A program made the translations under genes and the position numbers. Shown one piece after another: positions 21,225 through 31,089 of a DNA stretch of 64,000 nucleotides. Source of the DNA: Promethearchaeota archaeon (GTDB lineage: Archaea > Asgardarchaeota > Lokiarchaeia > Sigyniarchaeales > SOKP01); assembly GCA_016839585.1 (NCBI GenBank), contig JAEOTZ010000017.1, positions 1-64,000 of the forward strand, read 5' to 3'. Below the pieces are notes generated by a model, which was not told where the DNA came from, did not search any database, and saw only the letters and a program-made list of their open reading frames with translations. Position 1 is the first letter of the stretch. Each line of letters starts with the position of its first letter.

Positions 21225-22124
21225 TTACCTTTTTATGCTAAGAATTTCTTTAGTCTCATCTACGGATGCAGGTTCTCTTCCAATCTCTTTAGCTAATCTA
21301 ACCATTCGTTTGACTAATTGAACATTACCTTCTGCAAGTTCCCCTTTTCCATAGTAAATAGTGTCTTCAAGTCCAGTTCTAATATTACCCCCCATACACA
21401 TAGCTATTACAGTAGTTCTTAAATTAAACTTTCCTACTGTTACCACTTGCCATGTAGAACCTTCTGGAATTTGATCAACCATATTTAATAAGTTTGAAAC
21501 AGTTGCAGGGGTGCCTCCTTTGATTCCCAAAACAATACTAAAATGTAATGGGGATTCTAATAATCCTGTGTCTACAAATTCCAATATATTGGCAATATGG
21601 CTTAAATCATAAACTTCAATCTCAAGACCAAAGCCCTTTTTCTTACATCTTTTCACATATTTTCTATTAAAATCTATAGGGTTATTAAATAATGCACCTC
21701 CATAAGGAGTTCTAAATTCAAAAGAACCAGCATTAATAGTATGCATTTCTGGGGGAGGATCAATATTTAATAGATTTAATCGTTCTTCCAACATGGGTTG
21801 TACTATTTCTGTGGAAACTCTCTTTGCACCTGATCTTGTTGTATATTTATGTTCCTCTAAACGAGCGCCTATTCCATTGCCAATTTGTCTAATTATAGGG
21901 GATTTCTCACCAATTAATTTAATAGTTTTATTATAATATTTTAAATCAGGAGTATTTTGCCCATCATCACCACGAACATGAATGTGAACAATGGCGGCTC
22001 CTGCTTCATAACATTCAAGGGCAGTTTGTGCTTGTTCTTCAGCAGTTATGGGTAAACTTGGATTTGCCCATTTTCCATGAATTCCCCCTGTTATAGCTAC
22101 TGTAATTATTACTTTTTCTTCCAT
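21225..22124 (-). CDS. BKACE / 3-keto-5-aminohexanoate cleavage enzyme family protein
   Basis: ITVAITG, EAGAAIVHIHVR, EIEVYD..H, GGNIRTGLED. Confidence 0.9.
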   Translation of the reverse strand: MEEKVIITVAITGGIHGKWANPSLPITAEEQAQTALECYEAGAAIVHIHVRGDDGQNTPDLKYYNKTIKLIGEKSPIIRQIGNGIGARLEEHKYTTRSGAKRVSTEIVQPMLEERLNLLNIDPPPEMHTINAGSFEFRTPYGGALFNNPIDFNRKYVKRCKKKGFGLEIEVYDLSHIANILEFVDTGLLESPLHFSIVLGIKGGTPATVSNLLNMVDQIPEGSTWQVVTVGKFNLRTTVIAMCMGGNIRTGLEDTIYYGKGELAEGNVQLVKRMVRLAKEIGREPASVDETKEILSIKR

Positions 22125-22236
22125 TAGAATATTAGGTTTAATATTAATTACCTCTTTATTATCTTATATCATTTTTAATTATGCTTTATTTAGAAATATT
22201 TAGAAATATTTATGTTAAATATTATCAAACATTATT

Positions 22237-23124
22237 ATGGTAAGGATAATGAAACTTTTAGAAGGAAAGTATGCATTAATAACTGGAGGAGGCAGAGGTA
22301 TTGGTAGAGCCGTAGCGCTTGAATTTGCAAAAAACGGTGCAAATATTGCTGTGACTGCTTTAGAAAAAGATGAATTAGAGCAAACCGTAAAAGATATTAA
22401 AAAATTTAATGTAAAAGTATTATCAATCCCTGCTGATCTTACTAATATAGCTGGTGCAAAATCTGTAGTAGAAACATATTTTAATCACTTTAATAGAATT
22501 GATATTTTAGTTAATAATGCTGGAATGTCATATTATTGCCCAATGATAGAAGTTTCCCTTGAAAAAGTCGTAAAATTGTTTAATTTAAATCTTATTGCCT
22601 ACTATGCTATGATTAAACTAATTCTTCCAAAAATGATTGAAAATGGAGGAGGAAATATAATAATGACTGCTTCAGTCCATGGAAATATGTTTTTTAATCC
22701 TAATCAAGTTGCATATTCAGCAGCGAAAGCAGGTGTTACAGCAATGAGTAAATGCCTTGATGCAGAGTTAAGTCCATATAATATACAAGTAAATGTAGTA
22801 TTACCTGGAGCAATTAAAACTAGATTATCCGAGGATAGCGCCAAAAGAGGACAAATTACACCTAAACTAATACCCCCAGAGGATATATCACCTATATACC
22901 TATTTCTTGCTAGTGATTTATCTAGTCGAAGATATAAGGGGAAAATTATCAATCAAATGATCTTGTTTGAACTTTTAACTAAGTTTAAGAGTGCTATTAG
23001 TAATAAATCATTTGATATTAAGGAATTAACTAAAGAGATGGAGGAAAAACTTAGAAAGGATATGTACGGATTATTAAGAAAAAATCAGGAATTAATCGAT
23101 TTTTTATTAAAATATCAAGAATAA
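22237..23124 (+). CDS. Short-chain dehydrogenase/reductase
   Basis: TGGGRGIG, NNAG, YSAAK, PG.IKT. Confidence 0.92.
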   Translation: MVRIMKLLEGKYALITGGGRGIGRAVALEFAKNGANIAVTALEKDELEQTVKDIKKFNVKVLSIPADLTNIAGAKSVVETYFNHFNRIDILVNNAGMSYYCPMIEVSLEKVVKLFNLNLIAYYAMIKLILPKMIENGGGNIIMTASVHGNMFFNPNQVAYSAAKAGVTAMSKCLDAELSPYNIQVNVVLPGAIKTRLSEDSAKRGQITPKLIPPEDISPIYLFLASDLSSRRYKGKIINQMILFELLTKFKSAISNKSFDIKELTKEMEEKLRKDMYGLLRKNQELIDFLLKYQE

Positions 23125-23169
23125 AGTTCAAAAATATAAAAAGAAAATGAAGAGGTTATCGACTAAAAA

Positions 23170-24339
23170 TTGACCTTTAAAATCGAAAGTATAGAATTAA
23201 CACCATTATTTGTACCATTTAAGGCACCCGTAAAACATGTAATGCAATCAAGTAAAGGTGGGCTAGGAATGGCTATAAAAGCAGAGGAACCTTGGTTAGG
23301 TGGTGATTTTGTAATAAGCAAACTCATTTGTAATAATGGCAATATTGGATTAGGTGAATCATTTTTTTGGTTACCTGAAAGTGGTATTACACCATATCAA
23401 ATAATAGATTCTATAAAAAATGGTTTGGCAGATTATGTAATTGGTGAAAATCCATTCAATATTGAAAAAATTAATCAAAGAATGGATAATAATGTCGCTA
23501 GAAGTGAAGCTGCAAAAGGATTATTAGATATGGCCTGTTATGATTTAATGGGACACATTAAAGAAATTCCAACTTTTAATTTGATGGGAGATAATATTGC
23601 TGATAAAATCCCACTTGCTGCACTTATTCCGCTTACAAGTCCTATACTTATGAAAGGAATAGTGAAGAGTTATTATAGAAAAGGTTTTCGTACTTTTAGA
23701 TTAAAACTTGGGAATAGTATTAATGAGGACATAGAGATTGTAGAAACAATTCGCAAAGCATTAGGTAACGAGATTAGAATACGAGTAGATTATAATCAAG
23801 CATATGATCCTCCAGAGGCTATACATGCTATTAAGGCAATAGAATCTTTCCAGATTGATTTTGCTGAACAACCAGTCGGAGCTGATGACTATTTAGGAAT
23901 GGCATATGTTCAAAAACACGTCAATACACCATTAATGGCACATGAAGGATTTTTCTCATTGAAAGATTTTATAGTCCTTGTTGAATTAAAGGCCGTTAGA
24001 GTACTTGGTATTAATTCAGAACGACCTGGAGGAGTAACTAATGCTTTAAAAGCATTAAATTACGCAAAAAGTAAAGATATTGGTATTGTTTTACATAATC
24101 AACCACTTGGTATAGCATCTGCAATGCATATCCATTTTCATGCTGCGAATTACAATTCAATTGGTTATGCTACAGAGTTATTTGGTCAAGAAATGTTAGA
24201 AGATGATTTAATTTCTTCCCCTATTGATTATAGCAATGGATTTGCTAAAATTCCTGAAGGTTCAGGCTGGGGTGTTAAATTGGATGAAAAAGCACTAAAG
24301 AGATATGCAACTGATGAAACTGTTATTATTGGAAAATAA
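23170..24339 (+). CDS. Enolase superfamily (mandelate racemase/muconate cycloisomerase-like) protein
   Basis: GLGE, DMACYDL.G, RLKLG, RVDYN, EQP, PEGSGWGV. Confidence 0.87.
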   Translation: MTFKIESIELTPLFVPFKAPVKHVMQSSKGGLGMAIKAEEPWLGGDFVISKLICNNGNIGLGESFFWLPESGITPYQIIDSIKNGLADYVIGENPFNIEKINQRMDNNVARSEAAKGLLDMACYDLMGHIKEIPTFNLMGDNIADKIPLAALIPLTSPILMKGIVKSYYRKGFRTFRLKLGNSINEDIEIVETIRKALGNEIRIRVDYNQAYDPPEAIHAIKAIESFQIDFAEQPVGADDYLGMAYVQKHVNTPLMAHEGFFSLKDFIVLVELKAVRVLGINSERPGGVTNALKALNYAKSKDIGIVLHNQPLGIASAMHIHFHAANYNSIGYATELFGQEMLEDDLISSPIDYSNGFAKIPEGSGWGVKLDEKALKRYATDETVIIGK

Positions 24340-24387
24340 ATATTATTGTCTTTATACCTTTTTATAGTACATTACTCAATTATAATT

Positions 24388-25755
24388 ATGAGTAAACAGA
24401 AAAATTATTCTACCGCAATTCATACATCATATGGTATGGGTGGGTTCCTTGACAACTTTTTAACAGCAGCATTTACAATAAGGGTTATCGGATTTTACGA
24501 AGATGAAATTCTCCTTCCGATTTTCCTAATAGGAGTTGCGTATATTTTATATGGAATTTGGAATATGTTTAATGATCCAGTTACAGGTTATCTTTCTGAT
24601 CGAAAGACACGCTTTATAACAAGATGGGGGAGAAGATATCCTTGGTTTATCATTGCATTTGCTCCATATACATTATTTTATCTTTTAATTTTTACAGTTC
24701 CTAGCTCTGATACAATAATTGCATTTTTTTGGTTATTATTCACTATTTGTATGTTTGATTTCTTCTATTCGTTATGGATGACAAATTGGTTAGCCCTTTT
24801 TCCTGATAAATTTCGAAGTATTGAAGAACGAACAAAAGTAGGGGGATTCAGTACTCTATTGGGTCAAGTGGGACTAAGTTTTGGAATGTTAATACCTCCT
24901 ATCTTTATTACTTATGGTAACATTGATAGTTATGCTATTTCTGGTGCTGTTGTGTTATTTATTGGTCTTATTAGTGGATTCCTAATGATTCCAGGCATGC
25001 GTGAGGATAAAGAGTTGAGAGTGCGTGCAATAAAAATGATTGAGGAAGAAGAAAGTGAATCTTTCTTTCAAGTGTTGAAATTTGCAATGAAACAAAAGAA
25101 TTTTGTGGTTTATGTTTTTGTTTATTTAGCACAGATGATGTTATTTATGCTTGTACTTGGATCTGTTCAATATTGGGTGCGATATATATTAAAAGAGGGA
25201 GAAATAATGGAAATGGTGATCTCAGCTGCGTTTCTTGTAGGGAGTGTTATCTCGGTTCCTTTATGGGTCTTCTTAGGAAGAAAATCAGGTAATCGAAAGG
25301 TATATATGTATGGTTCAATTTTTCCTGCTATAATCTTTATCTCTTTTTTCTTTATATCAGATATAATTGGCACTATCATTGGTACAGCTTTACTGGGTAT
25401 AACTATTGGTGCTATTTGGACTCTAATGTATCCAACATTTTCTGATGTGATTGATGAGATAGTAGTTAAAACGGGAAAGCGAAAAGAGGGAATATATACA
25501 GGAATTAGAACATTCTTTGGACGGTCATCTAACATAATAGGCGCAATAGTATTCGCAACGGTTCATATGTTTACATCTTATGCTCCTGGTGGGAGTGATC
25601 AAACAGGGTTAGCACTATTCGGTATACGAGTTATTATGGCATTAGTTCCAATGATTTTCTATTTCATTTCATTCCTACTAATATGGAAAGTATATGACTT
25701 AAAACCAGATAAAGTACAAATGATTAAAGAAGAATTAAATAGACTTAGTCTATAG
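24388..25755 (+). CDS. MFS transporter, GPH family
   Basis: WNMFNDP.TG..SD...RWGRR.PW, SDVIDE...KRKEGIY; likely start ATG 24388 (track start 24346). Confidence 0.9.
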   Translation: MSKQKNYSTAIHTSYGMGGFLDNFLTAAFTIRVIGFYEDEILLPIFLIGVAYILYGIWNMFNDPVTGYLSDRKTRFITRWGRRYPWFIIAFAPYTLFYLLIFTVPSSDTIIAFFWLLFTICMFDFFYSLWMTNWLALFPDKFRSIEERTKVGGFSTLLGQVGLSFGMLIPPIFITYGNIDSYAISGAVVLFIGLISGFLMIPGMREDKELRVRAIKMIEEEESESFFQVLKFAMKQKNFVVYVFVYLAQMMLFMLVLGSVQYWVRYILKEGEIMEMVISAAFLVGSVISVPLWVFLGRKSGNRKVYMYGSIFPAIIFISFFFISDIIGTIIGTALLGITIGAIWTLMYPTFSDVIDEIVVKTGKRKEGIYTGIRTFFGRSSNIIGAIVFATVHMFTSYAPGGSDQTGLALFGIRVIMALVPMIFYFISFLLIWKVYDLKPDKVQMIKEELNRLSL

Positions 25756-25830
25756 GTATTATTTTTTTAATTACATTCTTTTATAAAACAATTTAAAATT
25801 TATATATAAGAAGATTTTAAAGTATTTATT

Positions 25831-27921
25831 ATGGAAATCTATAAAAAATATTTTAGTAAATATTATTCAGAATTAATTCTTATTAGCATACTATTTCTGT
25901 TCTTTTTCCAGCTGATATCGGATTTCATTGAGTCGATTTATGCTTTGAACCTTATTGAAGTTGAATTGAATGAGAATGCTGCTGCTGCTCTCTTCTTGTT
26001 AAGTCCAGTAATATTGTTCATACCGATATTTAAAAAAGGATTCCCAGATAGAGGGATGGTAATTATTGGCGAAACTATGATAATGTGTAGAATTTTAGAA
26101 CCTTTATTTAAAACGCAACTTAAGATGGTATTGACCGGTATAGGAATTTTCTGCTTTATGCTCTTTCTCCCTGTTTTTCTTCAATCAAAATCGAAAACAA
26201 ATGAAGAAAAAAACAGTTTATTAATCGGAGTGGAATTAAGTTTAGGATTAGCAATGTTAATTCTCTTGAGAACATTAGGTTCTACACTTGATCTCACCTA
26301 TCATTTTTGGTTTTTATGGATTAGTTGGATTCTTGCTGCTATTGCAGCTCTTATGCTGGTAAATTTTTTAAATCCTGAACGAATAACAAAAATCTTTGGA
26401 GAACAAATAAATGTGAGTGAATCTAATAAAGAAAAAAAAGGTAGTAAATGGAAAGTTCTTGGCTTAAGTTTTGGTATAACAAGTATTTTGGTATTAATTT
26501 ATTTTGCTTTTAGTAGTCCTGGTGTAATTTCGCGATGGACTGAAGGGAATTATACTGCAATTACAATAATAATAATTTTAGCAATAATAGCTTTTATCTT
26601 TCTTGTTGCTTTTAAACCAGATTTAATTAAAAGAATTACTTTTAAGGGACTCTTAGTTTGGAATGGTCTTTTTGTTCTAATGCTCGTTTTAAATATTGGA
26701 ATTCATCAGATACCTTTCTTATTTACAACATCGTACCCTGTTTATGCTCCTACAACTACTATATTACATCATATCCTACTTTATATTATGCTAATCTTCT
26801 CACCAATAATTTTAATTGATTTTACATTGTTAACAAGAGAACTCTTCAGGAGTAGACCATCTATTCGAAAGATTGGAGGGAGTTTCTTTATAACATCAAT
26901 ATATTTTTTGCTCATGATTTTTTCTGCTGTATTTACAACAGTTTGGGATTACGTACCTTATATTGGAGCGTTTTTTAGAGATATGATCTGGTTTATATAT
27001 CTAATTGTTGGATTAGTAATAGCTTTACCAATTTTCTTAGTAAAAAAGGATTCATTATTTTTTGCAAAACAATCGAGAAACAACTTTAAGGCCAAGCTTA
27101 AAATTTCGGGTTTAATATCGATAATATGTTTTGGGACAATAATTGGAGTAGTTTTGCTTGAGATGCCACCAAAAGAATATGCTATAGACAATCCGATAAG
27201 GATTTTATCTTATAATATTCAGCAAGGTTTTGATGAAAATGGAGATAAAAATTTTGAAGGGCAATATGAGGTTATAAAAAATGCTAATGCTTCGATAATA
27301 GGGCTGCAAGAGTCTGATACTTGTAGAATTTCTAATGGAAATGCAGATATCGTAAGATATATCAATAATCGATTGAGATATTATTCATATTTCGGTCCAA
27401 AGACTATCACTGGCACCTATGGTATAGCTTTATTATCAAGATATCCTATTAAAAATGCAAAAACGTTTTATATGGAAAGTGAAGGGGAGCAGACAGCAAC
27501 TATAGAAGCTGAAATTACAATCGGGGTTATTACATATAATGTCTTTGTTACTCACCTTGGTGAGTTTATAGACCCAACCATACCTCCATTTGATAGATCT
27601 CAAATAATCCAACAAGAGCAGTTATTAGAAAGAATTGGAGCAAAAACTAATGTTATATTACTGGGAGATTTTAATTTTCGACCTGATACTGAACAGTATA
27701 ATATTACATTAGTCCATCCTTTAGATGATTGTTGGGAAATCGCAAATTCAACCTTAATTGGTGATGTTCCAAATGAATGGGAACCTCGACTTCCTGCTGA
27801 AAGAGTAGACTATGTGTTTATATCACCCGATTTAACAGCTTTTAGCACCTATATAGAAGTCATTTATTTCGGAGGTACTGCATCAGATCATCCAGCGTTA
27901 TTAACATCGATTAGAGTATAA
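25831..27921 (+). CDS. Polytopic membrane protein with C-terminal EEP phosphoesterase domain, CWH43/PGAP2IP-like
   Basis: About 13 TM followed by SYNIQQG, GLQESDT.RI..GN.D, YFGP....TYGIALLSRYPI, THLG, GDFN, DYVF, SDH. Confidence 0.8.
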   Translation: MEIYKKYFSKYYSELILISILFLFFFQLISDFIESIYALNLIEVELNENAAAALFLLSPVILFIPIFKKGFPDRGMVIIGETMIMCRILEPLFKTQLKMVLTGIGIFCFMLFLPVFLQSKSKTNEEKNSLLIGVELSLGLAMLILLRTLGSTLDLTYHFWFLWISWILAAIAALMLVNFLNPERITKIFGEQINVSESNKEKKGSKWKVLGLSFGITSILVLIYFAFSSPGVISRWTEGNYTAITIIIILAIIAFIFLVAFKPDLIKRITFKGLLVWNGLFVLMLVLNIGIHQIPFLFTTSYPVYAPTTTILHHILLYIMLIFSPIILIDFTLLTRELFRSRPSIRKIGGSFFITSIYFLLMIFSAVFTTVWDYVPYIGAFFRDMIWFIYLIVGLVIALPIFLVKKDSLFFAKQSRNNFKAKLKISGLISIICFGTIIGVVLLEMPPKEYAIDNPIRILSYNIQQGFDENGDKNFEGQYEVIKNANASIIGLQESDTCRISNGNADIVRYINNRLRYYSYFGPKTITGTYGIALLSRYPIKNAKTFYMESEGEQTATIEAEITIGVITYNVFVTHLGEFIDPTIPPFDRSQIIQQEQLLERIGAKTNVILLGDFNFRPDTEQYNITLVHPLDDCWEIANSTLIGDVPNEWEPRLPAERVDYVFISPDLTAFSTYIEVIYFGGTASDHPALLTSIRV

Positions 27922-27983
27922 TCAAATTTTTACAAATTTTTTCTTTTTTTCTTTATTTCTTATAATAGAAACTAAAGATATTA

Positions 27984-28961
27984 CTATATCAGAATTAGGA
28001 TTACTCCAATGATTGTAATTACTACTCCTAAGAAGCCCAAGTTTGATATTTTTTCATGATTTATAAAATATGTAAGTGGAAGTGAGAATAAGGGGGTTGC
28101 GGTGGCTATTAATGACATCAAAGAGGCTCCCGCTATCCGTATTGCTTCTGTATATAAATAGGCTCCTAATGACGTTCCAATAATAGAGGCAATAATCAAC
28201 CAAAACCATGTTTGGGAAGACCTCCTTTTCTTTTTTGTAAAATTTGATTTGGAATAAAGATATTTTTCTCTCCAAACAATTGAAAGTAATATTAATAATG
28301 CAAAAGGAAACCGGATTACATTCGCTATTATTGAGCTTAAATTGTCTGTGTCTAATATTCGATCAATTTCATTAGTAGCGAAATCAATTAGCACAGCTCC
28401 AATTGCCCAACCAAGAGATGCAATTAAAGCTAAAACTATTGCTTTAACCATAATTAAGGATTTAGGATTTAAACCTTTCATTGTTTCGTTAATATCCTCT
28501 TGAGAACTGTTTAACGAGTTTATATCATCCATAGGAATTTTACATTTTCCAATTATAATTACTCCGATCCCTACTAGAATTGTAGAAATAATAAATCTAT
28601 AATCAAAAGGTCTGTTAAGAAACACCATTGATAAGATAAAAGTAAAGAGAGGAAATGTCATTGCTAGTGCTAGAGTTATAGTTACCCCGAGATTTTTTTG
28701 AGCAGAAAAATATGATGTATCTCCTATTACTTGTCCAAAAATAAAACTTACTACAAGAATAACCCATAATCCCCATGGAAGTGAAAAGATTTCGCATAAT
28801 ATTCCAAATATTATTGCAACTATAATAAATGTAAGAGTTCCGATTGCGGTTCGAACCACATTAATATACACTGGAGAAGCTTCATGTTCGGTTTTTCTAA
28901 ATAAAACATTAGAGGTAACAAATGTGAGACACGCTAAAATAGCAATTAATTCACCTAGCAA
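27984..28961 (-). CDS. DMT/EamA family transporter
   Basis: Two EamA-like repeats, about 10 TM, HEKI...GFLG. Confidence 0.88.
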   Translation of the reverse strand: MLGELIAILACLTFVTSNVLFRKTEHEASPVYINVVRTAIGTLTFIIVAIIFGILCEIFSLPWGLWVILVVSFIFGQVIGDTSYFSAQKNLGVTITLALAMTFPLFTFILSMVFLNRPFDYRFIISTILVGIGVIIIGKCKIPMDDINSLNSSQEDINETMKGLNPKSLIMVKAIVLALIASLGWAIGAVLIDFATNEIDRILDTDNLSSIIANVIRFPFALLILLSIVWREKYLYSKSNFTKKKRRSSQTWFWLIIASIIGTSLGAYLYTEAIRIAGASLMSLIATATPLFSLPLTYFINHEKISNLGFLGVVITIIGVILILI

Positions 28962-28978
28962 TTAGTTCACCTAGCAAT
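28940..28978. repeat. 16-bp tandem duplication at the DMT start codon
   Basis: TAGCAATTAATTCACC-TAGCAATTAGTTCACC-TAGCAAT. Confidence 0.65.
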
Positions 28979-28986
28979 AAGTGTCT

Positions 28987-30201
28987 TTATAATTGATTGT
29001 ATAAATTCTTTTTTAGATCATAATACTCTAAAAGATATTTTAAAAGTCTATACGCTAAAATTCTATAATTCTTATCTAATTTCATTCGAATAGATAATTG
29101 AACGTTTTCCGATGAATTAACTATTTCAAACAACTTGGAGAGAAATATATCTCTAAATTCAAGGTTAAAATGATCAAATAGTTGATTTAGATAACTTTTA
29201 TCAAATTCTTCATAAATTCTGTAAAGAAATCTAATTATGTAATATGTGAAATTTAAATGTGTAAGAAATCCAAACCTATCACTTCTGATAACTTCACTTA
29301 ATTTTACATTAAAATTGTAGTTGGGATCTTTAATCAAATCTCTTAATTTATCCTTCTCGAAATGTTCAAACCAGTTAAAAACCAATAAAATCGTTAAATC
29401 AAATAAATTATTTTTTCTTAAGATTTCTAAGATTCTATCTTGTTGACCATTCGTTAGGACTTTTCCAATATTCATAAAAAATTCACTCAATTGAAAAAAC
29501 CGCTGTGGGGGATTCTCTTCCTCTAAATATTTTATAATATTGAATAAATGACCAGAAAATTTAGGATTATTAAAGAAAAAGATCCAGTGAGTTGTATTAA
29601 ATTGCGTAAATATAGAATTATAAATCCATGAAAATATTTCCTCATTATCTAAATTAGATTCTAAAATTTCTAAAAAACCAATTGGATTCTCTAAATTAGA
29701 TATAAATTGCCAAAAATTATGAGGCGTATTGCTAAACCAGGATCCCCATAAAAGTTCAAAACTAGAAGTATCTTCAAGTTCAAAAATTCGTAATATCACT
29801 TGTTTTAAATAATTGAAATAATCATTAGATAACCCTTTCTTTAAAGTGAATGCAGTCTCACCTATAACTTTACATAACCTTATTACGAATTCAATTGAAA
29901 TGCTTTGCTCTATCAAATATTTTACTAGAAATAGACCCTTTTCAGGAAAATTCTTAATTATACACTCTGTTGCCTTTATTCTCACATCCTTATCAGTATC
30001 AGATAATGCTATTTCCTCTAAACTTTTGAAAAGGTTTTCAGCTCTTCCTCCCTCTAAATCAATTATTTCTAAACATTCTAACCTTGTTGATTTCGATTCT
30101 GAATGCTCACAAATAATTAATAGATCTTCGATTAACCTTATCTGATTAATCTTCTTTTGTTTATATAACTTATAAATTTTTGAGGGTGTCTGCTTACCCA
30201 A
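28987..30201 (-). CDS. HEAT-repeat/alpha-helical hypothetical protein
   Basis: TRLECLEII...LFKSLEEIALSDTDKDVRIKATECI HEAT-like unit near the N-terminus. Confidence 0.65.
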   Translation of the reverse strand: MGKQTPSKIYKLYKQKKINQIRLIEDLLIICEHSESKSTRLECLEIIDLEGGRAENLFKSLEEIALSDTDKDVRIKATECIIKNFPEKGLFLVKYLIEQSISIEFVIRLCKVIGETAFTLKKGLSNDYFNYLKQVILRIFELEDTSSFELLWGSWFSNTPHNFWQFISNLENPIGFLEILESNLDNEEIFSWIYNSIFTQFNTTHWIFFFNNPKFSGHLFNIIKYLEEENPPQRFFQLSEFFMNIGKVLTNGQQDRILEILRKNNLFDLTILLVFNWFEHFEKDKLRDLIKDPNYNFNVKLSEVIRSDRFGFLTHLNFTYYIIRFLYRIYEEFDKSYLNQLFDHFNLEFRDIFLSKLFEIVNSSENVQLSIRMKLDKNYRILAYRLLKYLLEYYDLKKNLYNQL

Positions 30202-30408
30202 TATACCTTCACGGATTAAAAATTAAGTTTTATATACTATTTCTTGAAACTAAATACTTCTTCTTTTAAAATTGATTCCTTAATATATAATAAAAATTTC
30301 AAAAATTAAAAAATCTAATTCATTAAATTTTGAAAACTTCACCCTTCTAAGTTGTTATTATACGAAAACAAAACATTTAAATATGCAACTTTATATATGT
30401 AAATCAAT

Positions 30409-30436
30409 GGTTGACGCCAAGAGATTGTTGTCAATT
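30409..30436 (+). promoter_or_regulatory. Inverted repeat / GAGA-tetraloop hairpin in the hsp20 leader
   Basis: GTTGACGCCAA-GAGA-TTGTTGTCAAT, downstream of TTTAAATA (30376-30383) and upstream of GGAGGT (30462-30467). Confidence 0.5.
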
Positions 30437-30474
30437 AAATATTACAATTAAAAAATGAATTGGAGGTTAATAAT

Positions 30475-31056
30475 ATGACAGAAATAAAAGAAGATAAAAA
30501 GGTAGAAATTAAAGAAAAGGAACCTTTAGAATCTGAAGAGGGAAATTCTAAAGAAGAACAGAAAAAAGGTGAACTTCAATTACGAAAATATCGTCCTCTT
30601 TCAATTTTTGGCGGTATTGATCATTTTTTCGATGAAATAGATAGAAGTTTTAGAGATTTTTGGAAACCATCACGATTTTGGGATTTTGAGCCTTTTAATC
30701 TAAGTTTATTGGATGAGGATAAATTCTTTCGAACTCCATTGACAAATATATCGGATGATGGAGATAAATATAGTATTACTGCGGAGTTACCTGGGTTAGA
30801 TAAAGGAGATTTAGAGATAACTATTCATGATGGGCTTTTAGAAATTAAAGGCGGTCGAAAGGAAGAATACGAAGAAAAGAAAGAAGGGTACGTCAGAAAG
30901 GAATACAGTAGCTCAAGTTATCACAGGAGTTTTTCATTACCTGAGAATATTGAAGAAGATAAAATTGATGCCACTTTAGACAAAGGAGTTTTGAAATTAA
31001 TTCTACCTAAGAAAGAAGAAGAACAGAAAGAAAAGAAAAAGATAGAAGTTAAATAG
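30475..31056 (+). CDS. hsp20: Small heat shock protein, Hsp20/alpha-crystallin family
   Basis: AELPGLDK.D, RSFSLPE...A.LDKGVL; GGAGGT precedes ATG 30475. Confidence 0.93.
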   Translation: MTEIKEDKKVEIKEKEPLESEEGNSKEEQKKGELQLRKYRPLSIFGGIDHFFDEIDRSFRDFWKPSRFWDFEPFNLSLLDEDKFFRTPLTNISDDGDKYSITAELPGLDKGDLEITIHDGLLEIKGGRKEEYEEKKEGYVRKEYSSSSYHRSFSLPENIEEDKIDATLDKGVLKLILPKKEEEQKEKKKIEVK

Positions 31057-31089
31057 GATTTTTTTTAATTTTATTTTTATTAATTTATG

